DNA of 64,000 nucleotides from Centruroides vittatus (Eukaryota): NCBI RefSeq assembly GCF_030686945.1, contig NW_027122708.1, positions 5,738,248 to 5,802,247 of the forward strand, read 5' to 3'. Shown piece by piece: positions 36,401 to 49,855 of this stretch (position 1 is its first letter; each line of letters starts with the position of its first letter). The notes under the pieces were generated by a model. It saw only the letters and a program-made list of their open reading frames with translations, ran no database searches and was not told where the DNA came from. The position numbers and the translations under genes were made by a program.

Positions 36401-37208
36401 AGAAATAATCAATTCATTTAAAATGGAATTTCATGTTAAATGTATTTGTATTCAATAAAAATATTGTAATTTGTATAGAATTTGATGGGGACTGAAAACA
36501 GTTTACAGTAAAAAGAGTTTGCTCTAAGTAGTGATATGTTCACATTAATGAGGTTCAAGTGTATACCCATTCATTCCATTTAAATTTAAAGAAACTGTAA
36601 TCATTTTTTAAAAATCTTATATATAAAATATTACTGTTTTATTCAGAAAAACACATGTAGAAAAAACTGGAAACAAATATACCAATAACACTACACCTTA
36701 CACACTTTTCCAGCAATAGTTTAATCAAAACAAATGTTTTGACCCCATTCAGAGGTCTGCCTCATGTTAAAAAACACATTAAATTACAAATTAAAGAAAA
36801 GAACTAAGTTCTAATGGCAGAACTATAACCACTTATTGTTAAATTTACAAAATTCGAAAACAAACAATTTATGTATCTTAAAAAATTAAAATGGATACAT
36901 AAATTAAAAAATAAAATAAAATTATATATGTTATTAACAAACATTAAGTCTAGCCTATGTCATTTCTTGCCTCATCAGATAATTAACTAGACTGCCACGC
37001 TTTGGATAACATTTCCTTCTCCTTGAAATTAATGCATTCACCATTTCTTGAGCCTGAAAGATTTCAAATGCTTCCATTGATCATAGCTTGTTGACATCAA
37101 ACAGCTTTTGTAATAATTTAACCTGGTCCCAACATGCTGACAACCTTAGCTCATTCACAAATTGGGCAAGCAATGTAAATTGACTATTTGTACGAACATT
37201 GTATTTAT

Positions 37209-37544
37209 CTATCTATCATCCCACACTGGGATAGTGTATACTCCAGGAGCTAACTTTCTATCTATAGAATCTTTACCATTAGCTAGTAGCTTAAATATAG
37301 TTGGATTACATCTATAAGCTATTCTAGCATTCATGTGTTTTGCTAATGTTTTATATGTAGAAGTCAGCCTTGGGTCATAATCCACTGCCATAAATTTCAG
37401 AGGTAAAACCTCAGAACACTGTGTATCCTTATTAAACCATGATGCATTAATGCTGTCCTCCATGTTTTTAGCTAACCTAGCAATCAGGTTTTTACTGTAG
37501 CCATGAGATTTCCCCAACTTTTTAATCTGCCCTGTCTTTTTCAT
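37209..37544 (-). pseudogene. PLE ORF fragment (RT C-terminal linker into the start of the GIY-YIG domain, ...RKLAPGVYTIPVWDDR)
   Basis: ORF 37209..37544. GVYxIP matches the start of the GIY-YIG domain in the 15335 copy. It is truncated at 37209. Confidence 0.45.
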
Positions 37545-37917
37545 TGTGTCTATAACATTAGACTTATTTATTCAATTAATTTATAATTTAATAAGTTTTT
37601 TAACCTGAGGCAGACCTCTGAAAGGGGTCGAATATGTTTGTTTTGATTAAACTACTGCTGGAAAACTGTAAGGCGTAGTATTATTGGTATTGTTTTATTT
37701 GAAATTATGCTGAAATTTAATTAAATTGAGATTCAATAAAAAGTAAAGCATACTTGTTTTAAGTTTGATAATGTTAAATAACATGCTGTTGGTATTTTAG
37801 GTTTTGTTAGCCATCTTATCACATTAGAATGAGTGCATCCAGCAGCTTCTTTAAATACTGATGAAGTTATTTGTTCATTCAGTGCTTGCTGATATATTAA
37901 ACCAGGATAACTGAAAC

Positions 37918-37920
37918 AGA

Positions 37921-37960
<40 letters not shown>

Positions 37961-37968
37961 GCACAGTT
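37918..37968. repeat. (ATT)n microsatellite
   Basis: About 17 uninterrupted ATT units. A second (ATT)n lies at 38021..38045. Confidence 0.9.
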
Positions 37969-38365
37969 TTCAAAATATCATACTGAAGAAGAAGAAATAA
38001 CTATTTTTAAATAAAAATATGTAATTTATTATTATTATTATTATTTCAAAAATATTTGTTTTAAATACTTTCAAAAATCAACTCAAGATAGCAAAACTTG
38101 TGTAATTTGTTGCAGAATAATATTGAAATAGTATATTAATTCTGAAAGAATTTTTTACCAAATTAATTCAAAATCTAAATTTAGCAATTATTTTAATCTA
38201 TAAAATAATTATATTCAATAAATTAATATTTATTAAGTTTAATAAGAAATAAAAGATAGTAGTTTGTTAAATACAATTAATTTTCTATCAATAAGTTTGA
38301 ATTCGAATGAAATAATCCTAATTCATATATTATTATTTAAATTTAAGGTAATAAACTTTACATAC

Positions 38366-38651
38366 CTTTGTAAAATATGTAAATTTTGTGAATAAAAAGA
38401 ATGAAAATCTTCAAGTTTTTCCAGATAAACGTTTTTTGTTAATTTGTTGCTTTTTAGCATTTCATAATAATCAAGCATTTCTAAACTAATGCCAGCTTTA
38501 ATAGCAGTTTTTAGAAATTCAATGGTACATAAAAGAGATGATAACTCATTAAATTGCTCGGCTGCATTTAGATGATATAATAAAAGATGTAAGCATCGTG
38601 AAGAAACATTATCCCATTTACATACATATTTCTTTTCATTATAAAAATAAG
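38366..38651 (-). CDS. NACHT-WD40 gene exon (YFYNEKKYVCKWDNVSSRCLHLLLYHLNAAEQFNELSSLLCTIEFLKTAIKAGISLEMLDYYEMLKSNKLTKNVYLEKLEDFHSFYSQNLHILQ)
   Basis: Acceptor tcttgtag| and donor AAAG|gtatgt. 286 nt. Helical linker between the NACHT and WD40 regions. Confidence 0.6.
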
Positions 38652-39702
38652 CTACAAGATAAAAAAATTGAAAATGTACAAATTAATTGTTTTTTGTACT
38701 TTTAAAAATATAAAAACAAGCAGTCAAAATACAAATGTATGAATTACCATAACTTAAGTGCTATTTTTTTTTTAATATAATAATTTTAAAGCAAATTTAT
38801 TAAATTATGAATTACATCAGTCATTAGCAATCTGTGGCATGTGAGAAATCAATATGTAGCCCTGGGGCTTTGGTAATGTAATTTTTTTTCCTGTTTTCTG
38901 CTTCATGTCATTATACAACTCTAATTAACATGATATTCATAATGAAAAACATTCAAACTAATTTTGACGAGTCAAAAATGTGAATAAGCTATATATTACT
39001 AGTCTGCATATCATTAGCATACTGTATATTATTTTAGTACTTAACATACTGGCAATCATGGAGTATATTGGTTTAAACCTGCTGAAGTTTATAGCCCACA
39101 ACTCTATAAGAAAAAAATGCATGCAGACTGCTGGAAGCCTGTGAAGTTCACTTGTGACTCACATCCCAAAAACATTGCTCATCACTGAATTACACATTAA
39201 TTTGACAAAATGCATGAATTAATTAAATTTGTTTTGCATGTTATTGATTGCACACTTGATATATGATATGCAATATTTTATATGCCATCACTGATATATC
39301 CTTAACAGCACCAGTAATTTACCATTTTCATATTTACTTGAATAATAGTGTGTTCTACCTTAATTTTGACTTATGTTTAAAGTTAAATAAATGTATTTTT
39401 CAAAAAAAATTTTTAAAAAAATTTAAGATATAAATATATTTTTGTTTACATTTTTATTAAATCCATATTTTATAATATATCACTACAAAGTATTAAAGTG
39501 CTGAAAAAACATCTTACAGAAAAACCATCAAAAAACCTACAGAAATGAAATAATTATGATTAATTTTCACGTATCAATTTGATTATTTAATAAACCAATA
39601 CAGCAGAGTCTCAGAAACTCAACTCACAATAACTTGACATTCTGTAAAACATCATGTCATTCAAAAAAATAAATAAATAAATAAATAAATAAAAAACACG
39701 TC

Positions 39703-39899
39703 AACAACTGCCATAAATAATTGGGCTAAATTTTGAATATATGATTATAGATTACAAATAAATTTGGACTAGAGTTAGGTGTTAGGCACCATCTCTTATT
39801 AAAATTAATAATTATAATATTTAATTAATAGTACCAAATTTATTTCTAATCTATAATCATATATACAAAATTTAGCCTGATTATTTACGGCAGTTGTTG
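39703..39899. mobile_element. MITE family D copy (~65 bp TIRs, caacaactgccataaataattgggctaaatttt...)
   Basis: The ends are reverse complements of each other. The central actagagttagg motif is shared with the copy at 45526. Confidence 0.5.
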
Positions 39900-41721
39900 G
39901 CATATTTGCTTATTATATTGGGTTTTGCTTGTTGTATATTTGCATAAAAAACACAAACATGTAATCTAATTTTCATTCTATAACTTAATACTAAGATCAA
40001 ATGAGTTATCATTTTTCACTGACAACACTTGATATCATCATCAATTCCAGGTGTTAACAAAGAATATAACCCTTTATCCACGGTGCCACTGTAAAATGCC
40101 ACAATGCAATGCCACTAACTTGAAAGTAGCAACTGAATAGCCAATATATTTTTTTTTTAAAGTTTAACTACAAATAGAATTCTGCCGAGTGACATGTTGT
40201 AAGGGTTTCCAAGAAAATTAAGCGACTTGTTGGTGGTTGCATATATCTTGGAGCTAGGAGGACATGGTCTCTCTGTTCATCTGTGTTTCAGCTAGTTAAT
40301 AGCATTCCAGCCTGCTGACCTAGCACGTTTTTGACGGTTAGAAGTGTAAGTTTTCTTTGCCTTTCACCCTCACCTCTGTGATTGTCAGGGCAGGTAGGAT
40401 CCCGGCTGTTTTTTTTTACCCCGGGAAATATCCTGAGAAATTCTTCTCATCCCAGGAAATCCCACAAATTTCTTAAAAATTCACTTTTTTCTTTTTTTGT
40501 GTTAAGGTTGAGGAAATTTTGCAAATAGAAAGTATAATTAACCCATAAACAGTCAGAATACATTTGTATTTATTAATTTTAAACCCACCTATTATTTTTT
40601 AAATTTTTGCTCGTTATGGCATGTCACAAATTGTTAATAATCAATATTTAGCTATTTGTGACAGGACTCTCAAAATTCTTTACTTGTCAGAACCTGTAAT
40701 ATTGAGAATTATTGTGCTTATGCTGTCTTAATTTTAACCATGCCCAGAAGCTGCAATAACTGCATAATGCTAGGTTGTGCAAATTGGGCAAGGATATAAA
40801 CAAGTACAAAGTCTGCAAGTATGAAGTTTTTCTTCATAAACCTGATTATTAAACTCAAATGAACTGCCGAATTATTGGGCTATAAGCTTGATGTTTCTAT
40901 TAAAGCAGCCGAGGTAGACATATCAAGAATACTAGAGAGCAAAAGTAGTACTACAATCTCAAAAATGAACTAGAAATCTTCCAGGCTACAGGTGAAAAAC
41001 ATGACATCTGTCTTCTCTTAAATGCATTAAACACAATTCCACTCACATTAATTGAATCGGAAAGGCATTCTTGATAGCAGGAGTTTTCATTAGTTAAATA
41101 AGAATCAGATTGAGTGATCGGAGTATTGACCATCTTTGCTTTTTAAAATCTTATTATAAAAATTTACAATAATATTTTGTATTACGTTTTATTTAAAAAA
41201 TGAAAATTACCTTTTAAGTTAGAAGTTTGACTAAGTTCTTTTTTTTTTTTTAATTTTCAACATAATTCAAAGCATTTTGTTGTTATTGTGTCAAACTTTA
41301 AAAATTTTTTTATTTGTGAAAATTTCTACATAATTTAAAGGTAATTTTTAATATATATCTTACACGACGTTATTAATATGATTTTGGAGGTTGCAGAACA
41401 TATTAAATTACTTTAAAAGATAAAAATAATTATATCATTTGATTTAAAGATATTTTGTATCTTAAAAATAATTAATTCTATCCTGGGATTTCCCAAGATC
41501 CCAGGAAACAGTTCAGTTTTATCCTGGAATCTGAAGACATGCAAAAGACAGGGAAATGAGAAACCCTTGTTCTGCTTATATAAAGCAATTTCAAAAAAAA
41601 ATTTTTTTTAAATCATACTTGACAAATTATTATATATAGGAGAAGTTATGATAAACTTAATATTTACTTGTTTGTTAAGAGTATACAATATAACTTTTAA
41701 AAGTATAAAAATATTTCTTAC

Positions 41722-41822
41722 CTGCTAATAATTTATGATACGCCAATAAATTTTTTCCCACATTATAGTGATCGATTATAGCTTTAATAAACTCTGCATG
41801 TTTTATATTTAGAGTATGTTTC
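41722..41822 (-). CDS. NACHT-WD40 gene exon (M-KHTLNIKHAEFIKAIIDHYNVGKNLLAYHKLLA)
   Basis: Acceptor ttgttattag| and donor CAG|gtaaga. Phase-compatible with the exon at 51044 (+2 then +1) and with the exon at 38651. Confidence 0.55.
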
Positions 41823-44164
41823 CTAATAACAAGCAAAAAGAATTTTATTAAATTTGAATTTCTTTCATATAAAAATTCAATAATTTAAAAATAAATAAAA
41901 ATTTCATAATATTCATTTATGTAAATCTTTAAGATTCAATATATCAAATTCCAAATATCACCTACCAACCTTGTATAAATTTAACATTGTAAACAAAGAA
42001 TGGGAAGTGACTAACACTAGCTATAGTAACATTTTTGTACTTTAAAGATAATTTTTTGAGAGCATTAGAGATTCTATAACTGACTTTTTTTTTAATCATA
42101 AAATCCTTAGAGATTAATGCTGAACATAATATAGCATTTATGAGATGATTGAAATGTTCAAACAAATAGCACAGCACATTTATTACCAATGATATATGAC
42201 TGATAACAATATTAGACAGGTCAATGTAATGATTCTATATAGTTGAATCTGGATTTATACATATGAACATAGTTTGTGTAGAGACACATTCCTTTTATGA
42301 AAATGATTACAAAAAAAATTGTAAAAAAAAGAAACAAAATAAAAGATTAATACTGAAGATGATCTTGAATTGCAGATCGAAAACAACCACTCACCACAGT
42401 GAAATATAGTTAATCATGTATTCTGAACCAATTACAGTGTGTAGATGATGAAAACAAACAAAAGCAAAGGTTTTCAAATTCTTCTGATGAAGGACTCAGA
42501 AGGACAATTGTAACTGATTATTGTTATCAGTTTAAGTGATTCTCAAAGTAATTATAATAAGCAAAGTCTATTGTATGTAGAAAAGATATCAAATCATCTA
42601 TCAGAGGAATTAATGTATAGCCATTTCTATATATCAGGCATGGGCAAATGCGGCTCATTTTGAGTTACATGCGGCTCTTGCTGAAAGTGTTAATTTCTGT
42701 TTTTTATTATTATTTTTACAATTTTATTTTTAGAATTTTGTGAAAATATGTTTATTAAAAATATTCAATATTTGTTTTATATTATATTTATATTATATAA
42801 TAAAATCGCACGCCTTACCATACTATCCGCCACGACAATACAGAACTGCGGCTCCCATGCATTTTGCAAAACCTACATTGCGGCTCCCATGCAATTTGCA
42901 AAACCTATATTGTGACTCCCACTGAACTCGTGCTTGCCCACCCCTGCTATATATCATTGCTTAAACAGATACTACAATATGAAAAATAATAAAACATGTT
43001 ATAAATGTTATTAATAAGATGATCTGAATCCATTATTACATATTTAAGAATGTAAACTATAATATGACATGAAAATAAAGAGAGTGGCCCATCACAATAA
43101 AATCTTATCAAGAAAATTTTAATAGAAAAAAAATTATTTTTTGATAAGAGAAGAGAATGTAAAGAAAAATAAAATAAAATTCATACAACTGAATATAGAG
43201 AAAACTAAGAATAAAAAATGTTGACATTGAATTTTAAATGTGATCATTTAAATTCTCTACTGCATGTAATTATAAGCAGTAGAAATTTAAATTATCATTG
43301 TAGATACCAGTGGCATGCCGTGACATTTGATGATAGGGAATTCGTTTCTGTAAGAAGCTGACTTCCAGGGGCAATCAGTTAATTGCGCGTCAGTGATGGT
43401 CTAGGGTCCATTTGTACGTGCGTGGTGGTGGAAGAGACAAAGCTGGCAAGTATCTCACTAAAACTGTTTATTTTAACCTAAAATAAACACATGCTATGTA
43501 CAAAATAGTTTGCTTTAGGACAATCGGACATCCTGGGAGTCAATGTGGTTCTTTGATGGTCGATCAAAAGTGGTCTCGGGACAGTGGCGTTGACAAGTCT
43601 GTAAGGCACGGGGAAACTTTGTCTGTTGGCATCTGGGACACGGTGTAAGGCAAAAGTGGCATGGGTTACAGGTTGGTACAATAGACGAGAAATTGTTTTT
43701 TTTTTTTTTTTTTGCACGTTGACACACTGCGTTTTGGTTATTCGGAACGTTAATGGAGTGCCAGTTGTTCTCGATTGTTGGGGATTATGTCAATCTCCGT
43801 TCTTTCTTTCGTCCATTTTGATTGGTCGTTCTCCCTCAATTACGCTTCCTGAGTGGTTGGTCCCTGGTTACTAAACGGACACGAATATAAATATTGCGAT
43901 TCGCTACATAATTTAGATAAATCAAAAAATTTCCCAAAAAATTTACTTAATTTAAAAAATTAAAAACACGCTTGGAGAAATTGTTTTTCATAATATTAAA
44001 ATTATTAACATCTAAAAGTGATAAAAATTTAAAGATTTTATGTCTGAAAATCTGTCAATATAATTAAAAGAAAATGATAATTAAATATAACTTTGCAAGA
44101 AATATACATAAAAATAATATTTAAGATTTAAAAAGTAGAGAGTATTCAAACATTTCACTTAGTC

Positions 44165-44578
44165 AGATAGCTCCCTGCCAGTGGCTAAGGGATAGAATCG
44201 TTGGAAGCGTTATACGATATTTTGATGTGTAGCTTCAGCAGCTAAGCCGGTCTGTAAAGCGCATGCACCAATGCCTATAATCTGGCTGCTTTACACCATT
44301 TGGTTATTTTCGCCGTGGAAGCTAACCTGGTTTCGACAATACAACGCTTCCTTTCCGCCACTGATATTCAAATATACAATAGCAATCTTATTTTTTTCAC
44401 ATGTAGTATATAAATTTGTAACAAGATACATAATGCGGTTATAATAAAATATTAATTTTAATTAATTCAAAGTACGTTCAAATATGAAAATAATCACCCA
44501 ATATGAACTTATATTTTAGAAAATACAAGAGAAGCGGCACTTCCACCACTTCCAATGATGGCACACCACTGGTAGATA
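44165..44578 (+). mobile_element. Truncated PLE fragment homologous to 30130..30545
   Basis: ggatagaatcgttggaagcgttatacgatattttg...cttccaccacttccaatgatggcacaccactg aligns along its length with the 30153..30545 copy at about 85% identity. Confidence 0.55.
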
Positions 44579-45525
44579 CATCTTTTAAACAGAAGAGAAA
44601 AACAAAGAGGAAACAACTCTAAACAAAACATATGACAGGAAAAGAAATCAAACACAAAAAAAAAACAAATTTAGACAAATTATGGAAATTAACTTAACTG
44701 AACTGCAAAATTAATAATCTGTTCTGGAATGTTAGGATGTTTATTTTACACTAAATTTTCAGGAGGTAATGTTAATATATACAATAAACTCCCATTAATT
44801 CAAATTCTGACAAACCCAGAAAAAGTTATGAGGGTGAAGTGTAGATACTTTTATTTATGAAACCCAAAAAAAGTTTTGAATTATTCAATGTTTCAAATTA
44901 ACAGAAATGTCTAACAAAATAATAAAAATTAAAAAACCCACACAATTTTTTACAAATAGAGAAAGATATATAATTTTACAGGAATTTCACTGTTTTAATA
45001 AACTTGGTAAAGTAGATTTAAGTTTTATGAAGCTTTAATGTTCAATTTTTATAATTTAAAAAACATCACAAAACTTAAACATACTTTACCAGATTTATTG
45101 AGACAGTGAAATCACTAAAATTATACAGAAATTCTAAGATAACAACAGTTAACATTACAGAAAAATTCCATTATAAATTAAAAAAGAAAAGTTATACAAT
45201 AAAGTATATCTAACAAAGTTAACTAGAATGGAACCTCACTTAATGAGTATAATTCGTTCCAGAATCTTACTCGTAATGCGAAACACTCATTAAGCGAACA
45301 GTTTTTCCCAAATAAATGAATGTAAAATATGATGTGTTCCATGCCAAAAAAACTCAAATATTTTACGTATAACGTTTATTCAAAAAAATTGTACAATATA
45401 CATTGTTAAGGAGCATGAACCATCTTTATCTTTTCTTCTATTTGATTTGCAAACAACAACAACAACAAAAAAAAAAAAAAAAAAAAAAATCACAGATAAT
45501 GTCTGATAAACATGCCAAACAATAA

Positions 45526-45703
45526 GCCAAATTCTTGGGCTATGTAAATGCTATAATTAAATATTAGAAATTAATTAATTTGACTAGAGGTAGGCAGTTA
45601 TGCTGACATCTCGTACAGAATTTAATGACCAATTCCAAATTAAATTTTAAAAATGTCTAAATAAAAAAATTAATTAAATTTTTACATAGCCCAAGAATTT
45701 GGC
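45526..45703. mobile_element. MITE family D copy (gccaaattcttgggctatgtaaa ... tttacatagcccaagaatttggc)
   Basis: 23 bp perfect TIRs. Central actagaggtagg. Confidence 0.5.
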
Positions 45704-48180
45704 ATATCATTTGGTGTGTTCATTTTATAACAGTCTATGATTGTCAATGTTTATGCATAATGTGTGTGAACACAAGTTTGGAAAAATGTCTGATCACAAG
45801 TGACACTAAGATGCTAGCGGAACAAGCGCTAAACACAGACTGATGGAACATGCACACAATCTGGGACTACCCCTCTTCTTGTCACTCATTATGCGAAACA
45901 GCACTTGTTAAGTGAGTCATTTTTTCACAATTTATTTTGCTCATTATATGAAATACTTGTTATGTGAGGTGCTCATTAAACAAGGTTCCACTGTACATCA
46001 TTTGGTCAATTCATGTTTTTTATATTTACAAATAAATATCATTAGTAACAAACAGTGCAATTTATCTTTGTTTAGACTGGACAACAAAAAAAAATGTTTT
46101 TGAATGTTTCCTTTATTTCATGAGTGGAATCTTACTAATTTTGGGGTGATAAAATTGAATATGACAAAGAAAAATTTTTATTAGCTCTAGTTTCTGTGAT
46201 GTACAAGAGGTGGCAGTATGTGATTTTAATGGCTTAAGAAGAAACGACACATTTTAATTACATATGCTAACAACATTGAAAGTGCTTTTGAATTTTTGAA
46301 AATGTTTGAATTTGAAATTCAAACATTTCATCAAGCCATTAACATCACAGCAAACAACCAGATTGTTTTTCTTCTCAAAAAAAAGGAATCAGATCCCTCT
46401 GACGTTCTCTGTACTGTGAGACCCTGACATCACGTTGGAGAAGATTCCGTTGCTGTAGTCTTGACCCTAGAAGTTCCGCTTTATTCTTTGACAAGACAAG
46501 ATCTTGAATGAGATCACTAAATTTCGCTTAATTCAGTCTGCGGTGTACCATCTTTTATCTCAAAATCAGGGTCGTGGAATGTCGAACGCTTGTTGGGTTC
46601 TTCTTCTCCCACACTTTCTTCATTTTCTACTTCATAATGTTGGAATGGACTAGGAACTGGTAAACTATCTGAATGTGGAATAGGTCGAATTGCAGATGGA
46701 ATATTTGGGTATTGAACTGTTTCTTTTTTCTTCACTGACAATCCTGCCTTTATAAGTGGAGTCAAGCAGAAATAGCAGTCATCTGTATGGTTTGTAGGCT
46801 CCCGCCAAACCTTAGACACAGCAAAAGCCATAGATCATTTTTTATTTTTCAGTCATTATAACTGAACAAGAGTTGCAACGTGGAGCCCATGACTTATCCT
46901 GCCCCTACCTTTATACCCAAATAATGGTGATAGGCAGTCTTCAGAAGAGGCGTCAGATTGTGTTTCTGTGACGAAAATGTTATTTCACTACAAATATAAC
47001 GAAAATTGTTCACTAAATTTACACATTTTCGTGGCATTTGGTATAACCAGTATTACACTTCAAAAGTACTCCAAAACCAGACATTTTAACCAAGAAAAAC
47101 AGAAGCAATATTAAACTCAAAGTCATAGCTACATTTAATATGTTTATAACCTACAAACATATGGAGAACGTTTTGCTATGTAAGTGTGACAACTCCCAAA
47201 AAATAAATTCTCTCCAAAATACAAATGTAGACTCTAAAAAATAACATATCACTATCTCCAAAGCAAGAGGTAATCGGTCATTTTTATGGAGATTTTTGAA
47301 TTCAGCAGATGAAAATACATAAGAATATGCTAATTTTGAGCCCAAAACAAAATCATTGTTGTCCAGTGTTATCTGAAAGCATCTTAAAATTTCAAATTAA
47401 TGAATGTAACAAATTACCTGTAGGAATGACAGTACAATTTTTTAAATTCGAATTAACTAAAAATCTAAATTATCTGACATTAAATTAATGGAATTTTTCA
47501 TATCTCCATCCTATTTCAAAATATCATCTGAAGATAAACATGTAGTGTTTTTACTACTATTGCTTTACTTTTCGTCACTGCATGTGATAAAAACGAATGA
47601 GTCAAGATCGTAACAAAACTGAGTTTATTGTCTTCTTCGTGTATATGGTACATGTCTCGACGACACAGCTAACAAAGAACAACTAACGGCCAATGGTCTT
47701 ACTGGGTGAGTTTGAACTTGTTCCAGGAAGTGATGACTCATACCACCTGGGGTTCGTTGCTTGTTTTTCACAACGATTAAGATGTGAAGGGTGGCGTTTG
47801 CCACAAACAAAAGCATTTATCAGATATCAGCTAAACGATAATTTTAATTTTACTACAATGCTTCACTTCTGTCTGTTTAATTATCAAACAATAATATAAT
47901 GATAAATATCAAAATAAACTTGAAAAAAATTAAACAGTAAATAATTTTAAAGTTTAGTTCACATGAAGAGCTAATTGCTGTTAAAAACAGAAAAAAGAAT
48001 AAACATTGCATCAGCAGTGACATCATTCCCAGTAAATCTTTGTTTTACATATCATCACATTTTAACATGTTAAACTTTTCTTCTAGTAAAAAATAATTGC
48101 CATTAATCAGAACAATGAGTTTCTGGATACAAGAAAAAGAGATTTACACAAGAAAAAACATGGCATTGTAAATAATATAC

Positions 48181-48978
48181 TGTGGCTGTCAGCCATATTG
48201 TTTTCTTGTATATTTTTGTTTAATTCATAAGTTGTAAATACATATATATATATATATTTTCTATCTTCCTTCTTCCTTCATTTCTATTCTCTTATTTCCG
48301 TTCCTTTCTCCTTTGTCTAAATAACCTGACTGTTATTGCTGGAGGGCAGGATTACCCCTCCTAAGTAAGAACAAAAGAAGGCGAGGACGCCCTGAAGGCT
48401 AAGTGATGATCAAGGGACACTTTTCTACTGGACCTCAAGAAGGACGGAAGTGTGAGCCAGCAATCGACCAGGAACGAAAAAAGTCGAAAGGAGGCTACAG
48501 GACCGTCGAGGCCAAGGGAAAATAGACACAAAACCGAGGTAATCGAAAGACGTCAAGGGCAGACAGCCGAACAAGAAAAAGAGAGGAAAGCGACTGCCAT
48601 TGTGAAAATACACTCCAGCGAAAACACCGATCATCGTAGACCCGGGTACCTTCCATCTAATTCTATCCACTTTCGTTCTTTCCTAAATCTATCTGTTTCC
48701 CCTTTCCTTTTTAGTTTTAAGGTAGATATAAGTTTATTTTTAAGTCGGGTGTAAAAAAAAAAAAAAAGTTTTTGTTACGAGCGCGGGTGTGATTCTTGGT
48801 ACGTAGCGCCCCCCTTCCTCAGTGAAGTTGTTCCAGTTGGGATCCTTTGTAAAATTAGAAAAGGAAAGAACCTTGTTCCGGAAGGGAAATAAAAAGACTT
48901 AATTGTGTATCAGTCTCTGTGTTTATACTTGTAACGTGCATTCACGGATTTACAAGCCCTTCTCAACGAACCACCACA
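48181..48978 (+). mobile_element. Solo-LTR-like element (798 bp, tgtgg...ccaca), flanked by a 4-bp ATAC duplication
   Basis: atac at 48177-48180 and 48979-48982. About 85-90% identical to 53800..54583. Homology stops exactly at ccaca, and no PBS-like sequence follows. Confidence 0.6.
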
Positions 48979-49855
48979 ATACTTTCCGATTATATTTTTA
49001 TAATAATTGTAATTAATTTTGAAATTTTCATTTTTATAAAAAATTGGAGAAGGTATGGATAAAAAACAATTTGCTGTTTTCAGTCACCATTTTGTTTTAA
49101 CAATATTTGCTATTATTTGCCTACGATTGCTCATTTCATTGTTCTCATTTCACAATATGGCAGCAAGAATCAATTTCACTATGTAAAAATAAATTGTTTT
49201 TCACATTTTGCTTAGAGCGTTCCATGGCAAATAAGAGCCAAACAATCAATCAACTCTTGGATCTGTCATTGAATATTATGGACATAAAAATTTAAATAGA
49301 AAATCATTTTAAAGTTTATTTTAACATTTATTTTAACAAAAATTATATTATATATTTTGTTGTTGTTGTGATTATTATTAAATAAATAAAGTAAACTAAT
49401 ATGTGAGATAAAAACTTTGTCATTCAGTAAGCATTTGTATCATATAGATGAAGTTAAGGTGGTTTCCTCTTAGTATTCCCTTATTTAATACATATATCTA
49501 CAATGAAGTATAATAGAAAAATGTCTTAATGTTTAAGATGGTACCTTCTAAATTGCATACTAGTGTAATGCTTTTAATGGCTGTTCCAAAGGTATGGGAT
49601 ATTTATGGGGCTGATTATGCAAAGATTGTATTTCTGTTCTAACAATTTTATACAGGTATATACCATTGTGGGTTATATACTACCATAGGTTAGCCACACA
49701 AAATTACACAAAATTTATTTTTATGTTCTATATTAAAAGTATGCATGTTTGATATCTGATATTTGTATTTTATATTCAAATATCAAAAACAACAGTTTAG
49801 TTAAATTTTTAATAAAATATTAGCCTTTGAAATTTTGGAGTAAGAATCAAAAAAT

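Noticed and set aside
41962-42189. ORF (75 aa, minus strand) as an additional NACHT-gene exon between 51044 and 41822
   Set aside because: None of its possible acceptor and donor combinations gives the required phase (1 nt at the start, +2 at the end) to fit between the flanking exons. The composition is AT-rich and of low complexity. It is left unassigned.
43360-43400. A tRNA-derived SINE head (agtgatggtctagggtcc resembles a pol III A box)
   Set aside because: No B box (GGTTCGANTCC-like) occurs at the expected distance and no cloverleaf can be drawn. The similarity is probably coincidental.
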